The position numbers and the translations under genes were made by a program. The notes below the pieces were generated by a model. It did no database searches. It was given only the letters and a program-made list of their open reading frames with translations, and was not told the origin of the DNA. This document shows positions 53,712 through 64,000 of a stretch of DNA of 64,000 nucleotides, in pieces (within the stretch, counting starts at the first letter, position 1; every line of letters starts with the position of its first letter). This DNA comes from Gammaproteobacteria bacterium (GTDB lineage Bacteria > Pseudomonadota > Gammaproteobacteria > UBA4575). The stretch is from contig CBDCTA010000022.1 of assembly GCA_965221955.1 (NCBI GenBank), positions 192,001 to 256,000 of the forward strand, given 5' to 3'.

Positions 53712-55780
53712 GCAATAAAAAAGATTTACTAATTGAAATTGGCACTGAAGATTTGCCTGCACGCTTGCTGTTGAATTTATCTAAACAGTTCGGACAATTA
53801 GTTTGTGAACAATTACAGTTTGCGCAGTTATCTTTCAAAGATCATGCACTTTTTTGCACTCCTCGACGCTTGGCACTTCTAGTAAACGATCTTGATATTA
53901 AACAAGAAGACCAAGTAAAGGAACGCAAAGGCCCAAAAGCCTCAGCAGCATTTGACACAGAAGGCAAACCCACACAAGCAGCAATAGGATTTGCACGTTC
54001 TTGCGGGATTGAGATTGATCAACTCAGACTCGATGATGATCCAGATAACCCTAGATTACACTTTAGTGAAAATTGTATTGGCAAAAACACCAGCGAATTA
54101 TTACCAGAAATCATCGAACAAGCAGTAAAAAAACTCACCGTACCAAAGCGCATGCGTTGGAATCTAAGCAATGCAGAATTTATTCGCCCAATCCGCTGGT
54201 TATTAGTCATACTTGGCACTGAAACTGTTGCTGCGAAAATTTTTGAGGTTGAATCCAGTAATGTTACTCATGGGCATCGCTTTCACCACACCAATGAGAT
54301 CGTGATAGCACAAGCTTCAGATTATCAAGAACAGTTGGCTAAAGCTTGTGTGCTGGCAGATTTTACTGAACGACAAAATAAAATCATTAAACAAGTAAAT
54401 CAGCTCGCTAAACAAACAAATAGTGTGCCTTCATATTCACAAGAATTACTAGATGAAATAACAGGTTTAGTAGAGTGGCCATGCGCTTTATTAGGAGAAT
54501 TCGACCCCAAATTTCTGCAAGTGCACAAAGAGCTATTGATCAGCACCATGCAAGAAAATCAAAAATACATACCACTACTGGACTCCGATGGCGAGTTACT
54601 TTCGAAATTTATTATTATCAGCAACATCGACAGTAAAAACCCGGATGTAGTTACACATGGAAATGAAAAAGTCATTGTTCCACGTTTTGAGGACGCAATG
54701 TTTTTCTGGCAGCGTGACAAAAGTGCCAAGTTAGAAAGTAATTTAGAAAAGTTAGCGAGCGTTGTGTATGAAAAACAATTAGGCACACTGAAAGATAAAA
54801 CCGAGCGTGAAATAAAAATTGCTGAATATTTATCTAGATATACTGATGCAAATAAAAAACATTGCCAACGCGCAGCTCAATTAAGTAAATGTGATCTAGT
54901 TACAGAAACAGTTGGCGAATTCCCGAAACTACAAGGCATTGTTGGACGTAATTTAGCTTCTGTAGATGGCGAAGAAGAACAAATCTGTACAGCAATCGAA
55001 GAACAATACTTACCCAAGCAAGCCGGGAGTGAATTACCCAAAACCCGAGTTGGAATCACACTTGCACTTGCAAATCGTATCGATACTTTGGTAGGAATTT
55101 TTGCTATCGGCAAAAAACCTACTGGATTAAAGGATCCTTATGGATTACGTCGCGCAGCTTTAGCTGTGTTACGCATTATTATTGAAACACCATTAAATAT
55201 TAATTTACACGAGTGTTTAGAGACTGCAGCCGGTTATTTCCCCAAAGCTTTACAAGCTACTAAAGCGGTGGAGGATGTAAGCGAGTATATAAATGAACGC
55301 TATCGTGCATATTTTTCAGATCGTGATATACCTGTAGATGTTATTGATTCTGTGCTGGCTAATCACCCTACTCATCCAAATGATGTCGCTGCCAAAGTGA
55401 ATGCGTTAGTGAACTTTCGTAAACTTCCTAATGCTGAAGCCTTAGCCGCTGCAAATAAACGCATACGTAATATCTTGAAAAAGATTAACCGTAGCGATAT
55501 TGGTCAAGTAGACAGTACCTTGTTTAGAGAAGATGCCGAAAGTTCTTTGCATACCGCCTTAGAGAGCATGTCTAAGGACGTGGAAAGCCTATTTGCACAG
55601 AATGAGTATGAACAAGCTTTAAATAAATTGTCTGATTTGCGCCAACCTGTTGATCATTTCTTCGATGATGTGATGGTAATGGATGAAGATGAAACGCTTA
55701 AAACTAATCGCATCGCATTGCTTGCTAAAATTGATTCACTTTTCATGCAAGTTGCGGATTTTTCTAGATTGCAATCATGA
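53708..55780 (+). CDS. glyS: Glycine--tRNA ligase beta subunit
   Basis: [45 protein letters not shown]. Confidence 0.97.
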   Translation: MSNKKDLLIEIGTEDLPARLLLNLSKQFGQLVCEQLQFAQLSFKDHALFCTPRRLALLVNDLDIKQEDQVKERKGPKASAAFDTEGKPTQAAIGFARSCGIEIDQLRLDDDPDNPRLHFSENCIGKNTSELLPEIIEQAVKKLTVPKRMRWNLSNAEFIRPIRWLLVILGTETVAAKIFEVESSNVTHGHRFHHTNEIVIAQASDYQEQLAKACVLADFTERQNKIIKQVNQLAKQTNSVPSYSQELLDEITGLVEWPCALLGEFDPKFLQVHKELLISTMQENQKYIPLLDSDGELLSKFIIISNIDSKNPDVVTHGNEKVIVPRFEDAMFFWQRDKSAKLESNLEKLASVVYEKQLGTLKDKTEREIKIAEYLSRYTDANKKHCQRAAQLSKCDLVTETVGEFPKLQGIVGRNLASVDGEEEQICTAIEEQYLPKQAGSELPKTRVGITLALANRIDTLVGIFAIGKKPTGLKDPYGLRRAALAVLRIIIETPLNINLHECLETAAGYFPKALQATKAVEDVSEYINERYRAYFSDRDIPVDVIDSVLANHPTHPNDVAAKVNALVNFRKLPNAEALAAANKRIRNILKKINRSDIGQVDSTLFREDAESSLHTALESMSKDVESLFAQNEYEQALNKLSDLRQPVDHFFDDVMVMDEDETLKTNRIALLAKIDSLFMQVADFSRLQS

Positions 55781-55802
55781 TCAATATAGGAGTTAAAGCT
55801 AA

Positions 55803-56339
55803 ATGAGCGAAATGAAAGCTGTGGTGGTCGATCGTGATGGCGTTATTAATGAAGATTCAGATGAGTTTATTAAAACTCCAGAAGAATGGATTCCAATCGA
55901 AGGGAGCCTACAAGCCATTGCTAAATTGAACCAGGCTAAAGTAAAAGTATTTATTGCTTCGAATCAATCTGGAATTGCACGCGAATTATTCGACTACGAT
56001 ATGCTCAATCAAATCCATCAAAAGATGTTATCGGAGCTTACACAATATGGTGGTCATTTAGATGGTATTTTTATTTGTCCTGATCTTGAAGGTGAATGCC
56101 GAAAACCTAAAACGGGTATGTTGGTTGAAATAGAAAAACGTGCACATCTATCACTTGATAAAGCACCTTTTATTGGTGATTCATTACGTGATGTACAAGC
56201 TGCTATCACACATGGCATGCAACCGATTTTAGTGCGTACGGGTAATGGCTCTGTGACCTCACAAAGCGAGCAGCTGCCACGCAATATTCCAATCTATGAT
56301 GATCTCGCGCAAGCCGTAGACACGCTGCTTGCTGAATAA
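55803..56339 (+). CDS. gmhB: D-glycero-D-manno-heptose 1,7-bisphosphate phosphatase
   Basis: HAD motif DRDGVIN, SNQSGIAR, CRKPKTGM, IGDSLRD; glyS-gmhB-plsC synteny. Confidence 0.9.
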   Translation: MSEMKAVVVDRDGVINEDSDEFIKTPEEWIPIEGSLQAIAKLNQAKVKVFIASNQSGIARELFDYDMLNQIHQKMLSELTQYGGHLDGIFICPDLEGECRKPKTGMLVEIEKRAHLSLDKAPFIGDSLRDVQAAITHGMQPILVRTGNGSVTSQSEQLPRNIPIYDDLAQAVDTLLAE

Positions 56340-56360
56340 GCTCTCAATCCATTCAATCTA

Positions 56361-57080
56361 ATGCTACAAACTTTTAGATCGTTGCTGTATTTGTTAGGTA
56401 TGGCAATACTTACTTTTATCTTTGGCGTTTTGTGTTTACTTACTATTTTTGTCCCTTACAGATTACGCTATCGATTTATTACCTATTGGAGCATGTGTAA
56501 TCTCTGGTGGCTCAAAATTACTTGTGGGTTGAAATATAAGGTAAGCGGAAAAGAAAACATTCCTGATTATCCATGTATCGTGATGTCAAACCACCAATCT
56601 ACCTGGGAAACTTTAGCACTTGGAACGAATTTCCCGCCTTTAATTTGGGTGGTTAAAAGAGAGCTGCTTTTCATTCCAATTTTTGGCTGGGGTTTGGCAT
56701 TAACGCATCCTATCGCTTTAGATAGAAAAGCAGGTCGCAAAGCCGTCGATCAGTTAATTGAACAAGGAATTAAAAAAATAAACAAAGGTCATTGGATATT
56801 AATTTTTCCAGAAGGCACACGCACTCCTCCCGGTACAAAACGGAAATTTAAAATGGGTGGTTTTTTGCTAGCAGAAAAAACGGAAACACCTATTCTCCCT
56901 GTTGCTCACAATTCCGGTAATTTCTGGGCTCGCAAACAGCTAACTAAAAAGTCTGGCACCATTCAAATGGTGATTGGACCGGCAATAACAAGCAAAGGAA
57001 AAACTGCAGAACAAATAAAGCAAGAAGTGTCTAAGTGGATTAACACGCAACGGGATACAATTGAAACCAAATTAAATTAA
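56361..57080 (+). CDS. plsC: 1-acyl-sn-glycerol-3-phosphate acyltransferase
   Basis: NHQSTWET, KRELL..P.FGW, FPEGTR, LPVAHNSG. Confidence 0.9.
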   Translation: MLQTFRSLLYLLGMAILTFIFGVLCLLTIFVPYRLRYRFITYWSMCNLWWLKITCGLKYKVSGKENIPDYPCIVMSNHQSTWETLALGTNFPPLIWVVKRELLFIPIFGWGLALTHPIALDRKAGRKAVDQLIEQGIKKINKGHWILIFPEGTRTPPGTKRKFKMGGFLLAEKTETPILPVAHNSGNFWARKQLTKKSGTIQMVIGPAITSKGKTAEQIKQEVSKWINTQRDTIETKLN

Positions 57081-57098
57081 CTACGATATCAATTGTGG

Positions 57099-57476
57099 TT
57101 ACGAAAAATATTTTCTAGTAGATGGAAGGGTTAAAAAAATTATTGCAACAATAGAAACTGCTATATAAATAAGGCAAAAATATTCTACCAAGCCAAATAG
57201 ATTTACTTGTGAAACTTCAATCTGTTGATAAACAAACAACCACCAAAAACATCCAGTAGCGGAAATAATTAAAACGATACATGCACCAATACGCGCTACA
57301 GCATGTTGCTTAATTAGCCCTATAGCAATTAATATTATTGCAACTCCAATGAAGATTGAAGTGAATCCACTTAGCGAATAAATTGCGATGTAGCCATAAA
57401 CGATTGTGCCAATTCCAGTTAATGCACATATCAATGCAACCAAATAAATGCCTAGAATAGCAAAACGTTCACTCAT
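57099..57476 (-). CDS. Hypothetical 4-TM membrane protein
   Basis: 125 aa, four hydrophobic segments; ATG overlaps the tas stop. Confidence 0.75.
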   Translation of the reverse strand: MSERFAILGIYLVALICALTGIGTIVYGYIAIYSLSGFTSIFIGVAIILIAIGLIKQHAVARIGACIVLIISATGCFWWLFVYQQIEVSQVNLFGLVEYFCLIYIAVSIVAIIFLTLPSTRKYFS

Positions 57477-58513
57477 GGGCAGGGGTTGGGCTGTTGTTGA
57501 TGAATTTGTTCAATTTTTTCTAGAATCTCATCTGAAAGTTTAATATTTATGCTATCGATATTTTCTTGCAGTTGCTGAATCGTCGTAGCACCAATAATAT
57601 TTGCAGTTAGAAAAGATCGTGTATTTACAAAAGCTAAAGCCATTTGGCTTGGTAAATAATCATAGTCATGCGCTAATTTTACATACGCCTCTGTTGCACT
57701 TTTACCCTCTACATTACTATAGCGAGTAAAGCGCTCGTACAATGTTATACGCGCATTTTTGGGTTTTGCATTGATATATTTACCACTTAATACACCAAAA
57801 CCTAAGGGAGAATAAGCCAACAAGCCCATATTCTCTCGATGCGAGACTTCAGCTAAGCCCACCTCATAGGTGCGATTCAGTAAACTGTAAGGGTTTTGGA
57901 TACTCACCATCGCAGGCCAGTTGTTCTTGTTTGCAAGCATTTGATACTGCATTGCGCCCCAAGGGGTTTCATTACTAATTCCTAAATGACGTACCTTTCC
58001 TTGATCGATGGCTTTGACCAAACATGCATAAGCATCTTCCATTAGCGTAACCGTAGCAACACTCTCCTCATCTTCATGCTGATAACCGAGTGGCCCAAAA
58101 TAATTGGTGTTTCTAGCCGGCCAGTGAATTTGATAGAGATCGATGTAGTCTGTCTGCAATCGCTTAAGACTATCTTCTAATGCTGCATTAATTTGTTCGG
58201 GAATAAGTTCAACGCCGCCGCGCAAATAAGGCATCATGCCCGGACCTGCCACTTTTGTGGCGAGAATTATCTCGGAACGCTTACCTGTTTTTTTTAGCCA
58301 AGTGCCAATATATTTTTCGGTTTTGCCTTGTGTATCTTGTTTCGGCGGTACCGGATACATTTCTGCAGTATCAAAAAAATTTACCCCTTTTGAAAACGCA
58401 TACTCCATTTGTTGATGCGCTTCGGCTTCAGTGTTTTGTTCCCCATACGTCATAGTGCCTAAGCAAATTTTGCTGACGCGGATACCCGTTTTACCTAACT
58501 CACCAAACTGCAT
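57473..58513 (-). CDS. tas: NADP(H)-dependent aldo-keto reductase, Tas-like
   Basis: CLGTMTYGEQN, DTAEMYPVPP, DLYQIHWP, GISNETPWG, SIQNPYSLLNR. Confidence 0.92.
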   Translation of the reverse strand: MQFGELGKTGIRVSKICLGTMTYGEQNTEAEAHQQMEYAFSKGVNFFDTAEMYPVPPKQDTQGKTEKYIGTWLKKTGKRSEIILATKVAGPGMMPYLRGGVELIPEQINAALEDSLKRLQTDYIDLYQIHWPARNTNYFGPLGYQHEDEESVATVTLMEDAYACLVKAIDQGKVRHLGISNETPWGAMQYQMLANKNNWPAMVSIQNPYSLLNRTYEVGLAEVSHRENMGLLAYSPLGFGVLSGKYINAKPKNARITLYERFTRYSNVEGKSATEAYVKLAHDYDYLPSQMALAFVNTRSFLTANIIGATTIQQLQENIDSINIKLSDEILEKIEQIHQQQPNPCP

Positions 58514-58528
58514 TGATTAAAAGTCTTG

Positions 58529-59650
58529 TTATACAAATAGAATGAGTACACCAGTGTAGCCATACAAACGATTATGAAATATCTCACCGTTTGCAAAAAA
58601 CCCAACCAATGGAAATTCACCTAATTCATCTTGTATCATTTTTAATTCTTCAGAATTTTCACCAAATTGATAACGTCCCCGACCAAGACATGTGTAATAC
58701 AACCCACCACGCGGTTTCCCTTGCATTCGTGATTTCATTGTCGTTAACATTCTCAACATATCCTCACGTGCACTATTCCCATCGCGCCGACAAAACATAA
58801 ATTTACTTCCTTCATATAAATAATCTCCTACGGCGATTATTTTTTCCTCTTCATCAAAACCAACAATGTTCCTTACTAAATAGTCTCCTGTATCGGAAAA
58901 TTCAATTGGCAAGCCAGCAAAAATATATCCAGCAATTTTATTTAAATCTTTTGCCAACACTTCTCCAATGTCGTCACGTAACACATCAAGAGCAGGGCGA
59001 TTATCTAGTTCAAGTAGCAAATTACGTTCTGCTTTGGTTATAACATGTTGTTGATCCAGTGGAGTACATCCTTGCGTATGGCCGATTACTGTTTCAACTT
59101 CCGGCGAGAAAAATATTCCTGAAACACTGCCTTGAATAATGTCATTTGCTACTTGGTAGTTTTCACTGTTTGAAGAAGTTAAACCACCAACTAAATAAGC
59201 TGAAGGTATTGTTTCAGAAATTTTCTCAATGATATTCGGTGTGGCAGGATTGCTTGGGTCGCCATGAATAATGCCAACATGCGGCAGATCTTGCTTACAG
59301 TAGCTCGAAACATCTTCTAAAAGTTTCTCATCATCAACATCATTTGTGCCAATGATTGAAAATTGTTTTACATCGATATCCGTTAACATTACAACCAATG
59401 TAGGCTGGTCATAATGTTCTGCGCCTGTGCTACAAACCCCTATACCAAGTGTACCCAACCAACTTTGCACCCCTGTATCTTGTTTAAGCCGTCCAACGAT
59501 ATTCTCAAGATCTTCACTCAAGGTATCATTAGCATAGATAAATCCTAGTTGATATTTACCACGCACATCTCCTAATTGTTGCAAACAATTATTTACTAAA
59601 GTGCGTGAATTAGACCCCGATGCAATGCCAAGCTGAAAGGATTCGCTCAT
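58529..59650 (-). CDS. FIST domain (small-ligand sensing) protein
   Basis: LVGGLTSS, TQGCTP, ELDNRPAL, YLVRNIVG, YYTCLGRG, PLVGFFANGEI, YGYTGVL. Confidence 0.9.
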   Translation of the reverse strand: MSESFQLGIASGSNSRTLVNNCLQQLGDVRGKYQLGFIYANDTLSEDLENIVGRLKQDTGVQSWLGTLGIGVCSTGAEHYDQPTLVVMLTDIDVKQFSIIGTNDVDDEKLLEDVSSYCKQDLPHVGIIHGDPSNPATPNIIEKISETIPSAYLVGGLTSSNSENYQVANDIIQGSVSGIFFSPEVETVIGHTQGCTPLDQQHVITKAERNLLLELDNRPALDVLRDDIGEVLAKDLNKIAGYIFAGLPIEFSDTGDYLVRNIVGFDEEEKIIAVGDYLYEGSKFMFCRRDGNSAREDMLRMLTTMKSRMQGKPRGGLYYTCLGRGRYQFGENSEELKMIQDELGEFPLVGFFANGEIFHNRLYGYTGVLILFV

Positions 59651-59667
59651 ACTATCTTGTATTAAAA

Positions 59668-60561
59668 TCAGCCTACTTGTGACTTCACCACAGTATGCTT
59701 TTCTACAAGCATTTTTATCACTGGTGTTAGCAATGTTTCCATCGCATACACCATTTTTTCCGCTGGCATGACGAGTTGATTTGGTTTGATATTAAATGAA
59801 TTATCGATTCGTTCGCGAAGCTCATCGACACTTAAGGTAAATTTTTCAGGCCGTCGTATGTGCACAATCACCAAACTTTCATTAAAAGTTGGAATCTCTT
59901 GAACTGCAAATGGGTTAGCGGTATCAACAATCGGCACACGCTGAAAATTGACGTCGGTACGTGAAAATTGGGGGGAAATATACATAGCATAGTCAGGCAT
60001 ACGCCGAACAATCGTATTCACAACTTCAGCATGTGAATAACCACGTTCAGAACTATCACGATGTATTTTTTGTATCCATTCTAAATTCGTTGTCGGAACT
60101 ACACCAATCAACAAATCAACGTGTTGTGCAATATCAATATCATCAGTTACTAAGCCTCCGTGTAGCCCTTCATAAAATAATAAATCACTACCAGCAGGAA
60201 TAGTTTCCCATTCGGTAAACTCACCTCTATTCAGCCCCGGGTAAGGTGCTGCTTCTTCTTCACTATGTAAATAGATGCGTTTCTCACCTGTCCCAGCTTG
60301 CGCATACTCAGCAAATAATTCCTCAAGTCGGTCTAGATGATTGCCATCTGGAGAAAAGTGCGTCATGCGTCGTCCAAATAAATCCGGCACTTTAACGCGT
60401 TCGTACATTTCAGCACGGGTGAATTTATGAAAGCTGTCACCTTCAATCACAGCTGGAGTCACACCGATGTTGGTAAAAATGTATTCAAACGCTTCACGAA
60501 CCGTTGAAGTGCCTGCGCCCGATGAGCCTGTTACCGCAATGATGGGATGTGCAATTGACAT
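59668..60561 (-). CDS. prkB: Phosphoribulokinase (proteobacterial PrkB/CbbP type)
   Basis: HPIIAVTGSSGAGT, EGDSFH, YEGLHG, NLEWIQKIHRD, RRMPDY, NFQRVP. Confidence 0.92.
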   Translation of the reverse strand: MSIAHPIIAVTGSSGAGTSTVREAFEYIFTNIGVTPAVIEGDSFHKFTRAEMYERVKVPDLFGRRMTHFSPDGNHLDRLEELFAEYAQAGTGEKRIYLHSEEEAAPYPGLNRGEFTEWETIPAGSDLLFYEGLHGGLVTDDIDIAQHVDLLIGVVPTTNLEWIQKIHRDSSERGYSHAEVVNTIVRRMPDYAMYISPQFSRTDVNFQRVPIVDTANPFAVQEIPTFNESLVIVHIRRPEKFTLSVDELRERIDNSFNIKPNQLVMPAEKMVYAMETLLTPVIKMLVEKHTVVKSQVG

Positions 60562-60885
60562 TATTTCTGAAGTTCGGCCGGTTTTTCTGGATTCATGTTT
60601 TTACTCATACTACAGAAAGGGTTGGTCCCCATCGAACGCTCACTTTACCGTTTTCCAGGAGTAAAACGTAGTGTGTGCTACATCAATGCAAAAATATCTA
60701 TAACTCTATATATTAGGGTGGATTAGATGTATGGCTTAATAGGGCCTGTTAAGATAGTTTGATAACTGCATGTAATACTTGTGTGGTCCCTTCAGACTTC
60801 CATATCTGACATTTGTGCAAAACCCATATTTCAAGCATATCCGTCACAAGTCTGAGTAGGTTTATAACGTGATGAGGAGTATCAG

Positions 60886-62697
60886 TTGATCACAGCACGA
60901 CAATATACACGTGAATTTATCAGTCGATTTATTCCTTATCTCAATTGGCTGGGCGAATTAAAAAATCCTGAAATAGTATTAAAAGACTGTCTAGCAGGTT
61001 TGACAGTTGCATTAGTTTTAATTCCTCAATCCATGGCCTATGCACAACTCGCGAACTTACCTGCTTACTATGGTTTATATGCATCGTTTTTACCGGTAAT
61101 CATCGCTTCACTGTTTGGTTCTTCTCGCCAACTTCAAACCGGGCCCGTTGCAGTAGTTTCACTCATGACTGCTGCAGCATTAGAACCATTAGCGACTGCA
61201 AACCCCGAAGGTTATTTAGTCTATGCCGGAGTGCTAGCAATCTTGGTAGGTATTTTTCAGATGTCGTTAGGTCTATTACGTCTTGGCGTACTAGTAGAAT
61301 TTTTATCCCACTCAGTGGTCATTGGATTCACGAATGCCGCCGCCATCATTATTGGCACTTCACAATTATCAAAACTTTTTGGCGTTACTGCTGAATCCGG
61401 AAATCATTTTTATGAAACCATTTGGAATGTGATTGTTGAAGCCAGTCAACATACTCATTTTCCAACTTTAGCAATGGGTATTACTGCACTAGCGATCATT
61501 TTTGGTTTAAAAAAATACGCGCCAAAAGTTCCAGGAGTGCTTACCGCAGTAGTTATTACCAGCGTAATTTCTTTGCTAATTGGTTTTGAATCTATGGGCG
61601 GCAAAGTGGTAGGTAATGTTCCAGAGGGCTTACCTAGCATTGGTTGGCCTGAGTTTGATATGTCTATTGCGTTAGATTTAATTTCTAAGGCCATCGTTAT
61701 TGGTGTGGTCGGTTACATGGAAGCCATCTCGATTGCCAAAGCAATTGCTGTACAAACACGTCAGCGTATCGATGCAAACCAAGGCTTAGTCGGTCAAGGT
61801 TTAGGAAACATTGCCTCAGGACTATCAGGAGCGTACCCCGTTGCAGGTTCTTTTTCTCGTTCTGCTGTCAACATGGCGGCAGGTGCTAAAACTGGATTTG
61901 CAGCCATCTTTACCGGTGTGCTCGTCGCGATATCCCTAGTCTTATTGTATTTCAGCCAATACCTTTATCATCTTCCTCAAGCGACTTTAGCAGCAGTGAT
62001 CATTTCTGCAGTAATTAATCTTATTCGCATTAAACAAATTAAATATGCATTCCGAGTGCACAGTCATGATGGCTTTATTGCCATACTCACTTTCGTACTA
62101 ACGCTAATCTTAGCGCCACATTTAGAACAAAGTATTTTCGTTGGAGTTGTGTTGTCATTAGGTTTGTTTATGTACCGAACCATGCATCCACACATCACTA
62201 TTTTATCTCGCAGCCCAAGTGGCGATTTACGTGATGCCGAAGCAAATATTTTACAAACTTGTCCAAACATCACCATTATGCGTTTTGAAGGGCCATTGTT
62301 TTTCGCCAGCGCCATGTATTTTGAAGAAAAAGTATTAGAACGTGTTGCCGCCAAACCAGATTTAAAATTTATTATTGTTGATGCTGAAGCGATTACCGAA
62401 ATTGATGCCACCGGTGAAGACATGTTGCATCAATTGTCATTGCGCTTAGCTGCATTACATATTGAGTTCGTCTTTGCACGAACCAAACGCCAAGTGATGG
62501 ATGTTTTTGTGCGCACCGGATTTGCAGGACCAGACTGGTTAGATCATTTTTATCGCCACGATGAAAGCGCCATAGAGTTTGCTTGGCAAAATATTAGTAA
62601 TTGCAAGCAAGAAGTTTGTCCATTGGCTAAAGAGCATGAATGCCCTGCGCAACGATTAAAACCTATTAAGCTAGATAATCAAGAAACCTCTAGTTAG
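60886..62697 (+). CDS. SulP/SLC26 anion transporter with STAS domain
   Basis: AGLTVALVLIPQSMAYA, FGSSRQLQTGPVA, GSFSRSAVN, STAS RFEGPLFFA...IDATG. Confidence 0.93.
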   Translation: MITARQYTREFISRFIPYLNWLGELKNPEIVLKDCLAGLTVALVLIPQSMAYAQLANLPAYYGLYASFLPVIIASLFGSSRQLQTGPVAVVSLMTAAALEPLATANPEGYLVYAGVLAILVGIFQMSLGLLRLGVLVEFLSHSVVIGFTNAAAIIIGTSQLSKLFGVTAESGNHFYETIWNVIVEASQHTHFPTLAMGITALAIIFGLKKYAPKVPGVLTAVVITSVISLLIGFESMGGKVVGNVPEGLPSIGWPEFDMSIALDLISKAIVIGVVGYMEAISIAKAIAVQTRQRIDANQGLVGQGLGNIASGLSGAYPVAGSFSRSAVNMAAGAKTGFAAIFTGVLVAISLVLLYFSQYLYHLPQATLAAVIISAVINLIRIKQIKYAFRVHSHDGFIAILTFVLTLILAPHLEQSIFVGVVLSLGLFMYRTMHPHITILSRSPSGDLRDAEANILQTCPNITIMRFEGPLFFASAMYFEEKVLERVAAKPDLKFIIVDAEAITEIDATGEDMLHQLSLRLAALHIEFVFARTKRQVMDVFVRTGFAGPDWLDHFYRHDESAIEFAWQNISNCKQEVCPLAKEHECPAQRLKPIKLDNQETSS

Positions 62698-63367
62698 CTT
62701 TCTTTAAATAAACTTGCGCAAATACTGAGTGCCCAAGTCTTTCACCGCGTCGTTCAAACTTGGTTTGTGGCCTTTGTTGAATAAAGTTGGACGCTTGGGC
62801 TTTTTCAAATAAATTACTTTGCTGAATAGCTTCTTGAATATACTCTGCATAAGGTTGCCAATCGGTAGCAATATTAAGTTCACCTTTTGCCGTTAACTTT
62901 TCAGCAAGTAGTTGCAAAAATTCTACCTGAATTAAACGGCGTTTATGATGGCGTTTCTTTGGCCAAGGGTCTGGAAACCAAATTAGCACCGCGGTGAAAC
63001 TATTCGCTGCAATATTATTGCGTAGTAGTTCAACTACATCCGTATTGACCACACGAATATTTTCCAACTTAGCTTGAAACGCATTTCTTAGTAAGTTGCC
63101 TATTCCTGGTCGATACACTTCCACACCGAGAAAATTGATATCTGGATATTGTTGTGCGAGCGTGAGTAACGACTCACCATTACCAAAACCTATATCTAAA
63201 ACTGTAGGCTGTTTTTTTACAAACAGTTTGTTCAGATCAAGTATTTGTTGATGGGCATCAACCCCGTAGTGAGGCCAATGTTCTTGTAATGCGACGCGCT
63301 GGGCTTTAGTAAAACGACCTTCGCGTCGAACAAAACTACGAATAAAAGAGGAGGGTTGGTGCTGCAA
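62690..63367 (-). CDS. trmB: tRNA (guanine-N7)-methyltransferase
   Basis: RSFVRREGR, DIGFGNG, FPDPWPKKRHHKRR, ATDW, TKFERRG. Confidence 0.96.
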   Translation of the reverse strand: MQHQPSSFIRSFVRREGRFTKAQRVALQEHWPHYGVDAHQQILDLNKLFVKKQPTVLDIGFGNGESLLTLAQQYPDINFLGVEVYRPGIGNLLRNAFQAKLENIRVVNTDVVELLRNNIAANSFTAVLIWFPDPWPKKRHHKRRLIQVEFLQLLAEKLTAKGELNIATDWQPYAEYIQEAIQQSNLFEKAQASNFIQQRPQTKFERRGERLGHSVFAQVYLKKAN

Positions 63368-63376
63368 TGTGCGTAA

Positions 63377-64000
63377 TTAAAAAAATGAACCGTCAACAGG
63401 TGAAGACGCGGATGCATAGCGGCGCCGTGGCATACGCCCTGCAAGAAATGCTTCACGTCCTGCGGCCACCGCTTTATTCATGGCTGAAGCCATCAACACC
63501 GGATTTTTTGCTTCAGCAATTGCAGTATTCATCAACACACCATCACAACCTAATTCCATCGCTACGGCAGCATCTGATGCGGTACCCACTCCTGCGTCGA
63601 CTAAAATTGGCACTGATGCATTTTCAACGATGGTAAAAATATTATGCGGATTACGCACACCCAAACCTGAACCTATCGGTGCAGCAAGTGGCATTACCGC
63701 AACACAACCCATTTCTTCTAACTGTTTTGCCACAATAGGGTCATCGTTGGTGTATACCATCACCTGAAAATCCTCATCAATGAGTGTTTTCGCTGCATCC
63801 AGCGTTTGTACAATATCTGGATACAGTGTTTTTTGATCACCCAAAACCTCTAGCTTTACTAACGCATGACCGTCCAATAGCTCACGTGCGAGCCTACAAG
63901 TGCGCACCGCATCTTTCGCGGTATAGCAGCCTGCGGTATTTGGCAAAATCGTAAATTCATTCGGTGGAATGACATCTAATAAATTTGGTTGATCTTTTTC
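63377..64000 (-). CDS. thiG: Thiazole synthase (5' end outside window)
   Basis: Frame open to window edge ([22 protein letters not shown]), [33 protein letters not shown]. Confidence 0.96.
   Translation of the reverse strand, partial: EKDQPNLLDVIPPNEFTILPNTAGCYTAKDAVRTCRLARELLDGHALVKLEVLGDQKTLYPDIVQTLDAAKTLIDEDFQVMVYTNDDPIVAKQLEEMGCVAVMPLAAPIGSGLGVRNPHNIFTIVENASVPILVDAGVGTASDAAVAMELGCDGVLMNTAIAEAKNPVLMASAMNKAVAAGREAFLAGRMPRRRYASASSPVDGSFF

Noticed and set aside
62690-62697. 8-bp 3' overlap of convergent sulP and trmB
   Set aside because: Short convergent overlaps are common and carry no further signal here

Overview
AT-rich chromosomal window from a gammaproteobacterium (gene order and protein sequences suggest a free-living, possibly marine lineage; this is inference). 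Most of it is core housekeeping: ppk1/ppx, exeAB, pntAB, ispB, rplU-rpmA-obg-proB, rpsT, murJ-ribF-ileS-lspA-ispH, envC-ctpA-yibQ-yajL, arsR-rhodanese-grxC-secB-gpsA, trmL, pyrD, glnA/ntrBC, glyQS-gmhB-plsC, prk, sulP, trmB, thiG. The accessory part is two tandem type IV pilus minor-pilin operons (fimU-pilV-pilW-pilX-pilY1-[pilY2]-pilE, 21.4-37.0 kb). These contain patches of dense frameshifts that look like sequencing error. The most interesting signal is non-coding and absent from the ORF track. Divergent from glnA is a sigma54-type promoter driving a ~515-nt transcript with about 12 GGA motifs, mostly in hairpin loops (CsrB/Rsm-like sponge). It also encodes a 39-aa membrane peptide whose Shine-Dalgarno lies in one of those loops. 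Further GGA-loop hairpins occur just after ntrC, in a candidate ~60-nt CRP-class-II-promoter sRNA upstream of the pilus locus, and in the fimU leader. Together these suggest a nitrogen (sigma54/NtrC)-Csr-pilus regulatory circuit. No CRISPR array, tRNA, rRNA, transposase or integrase was seen.
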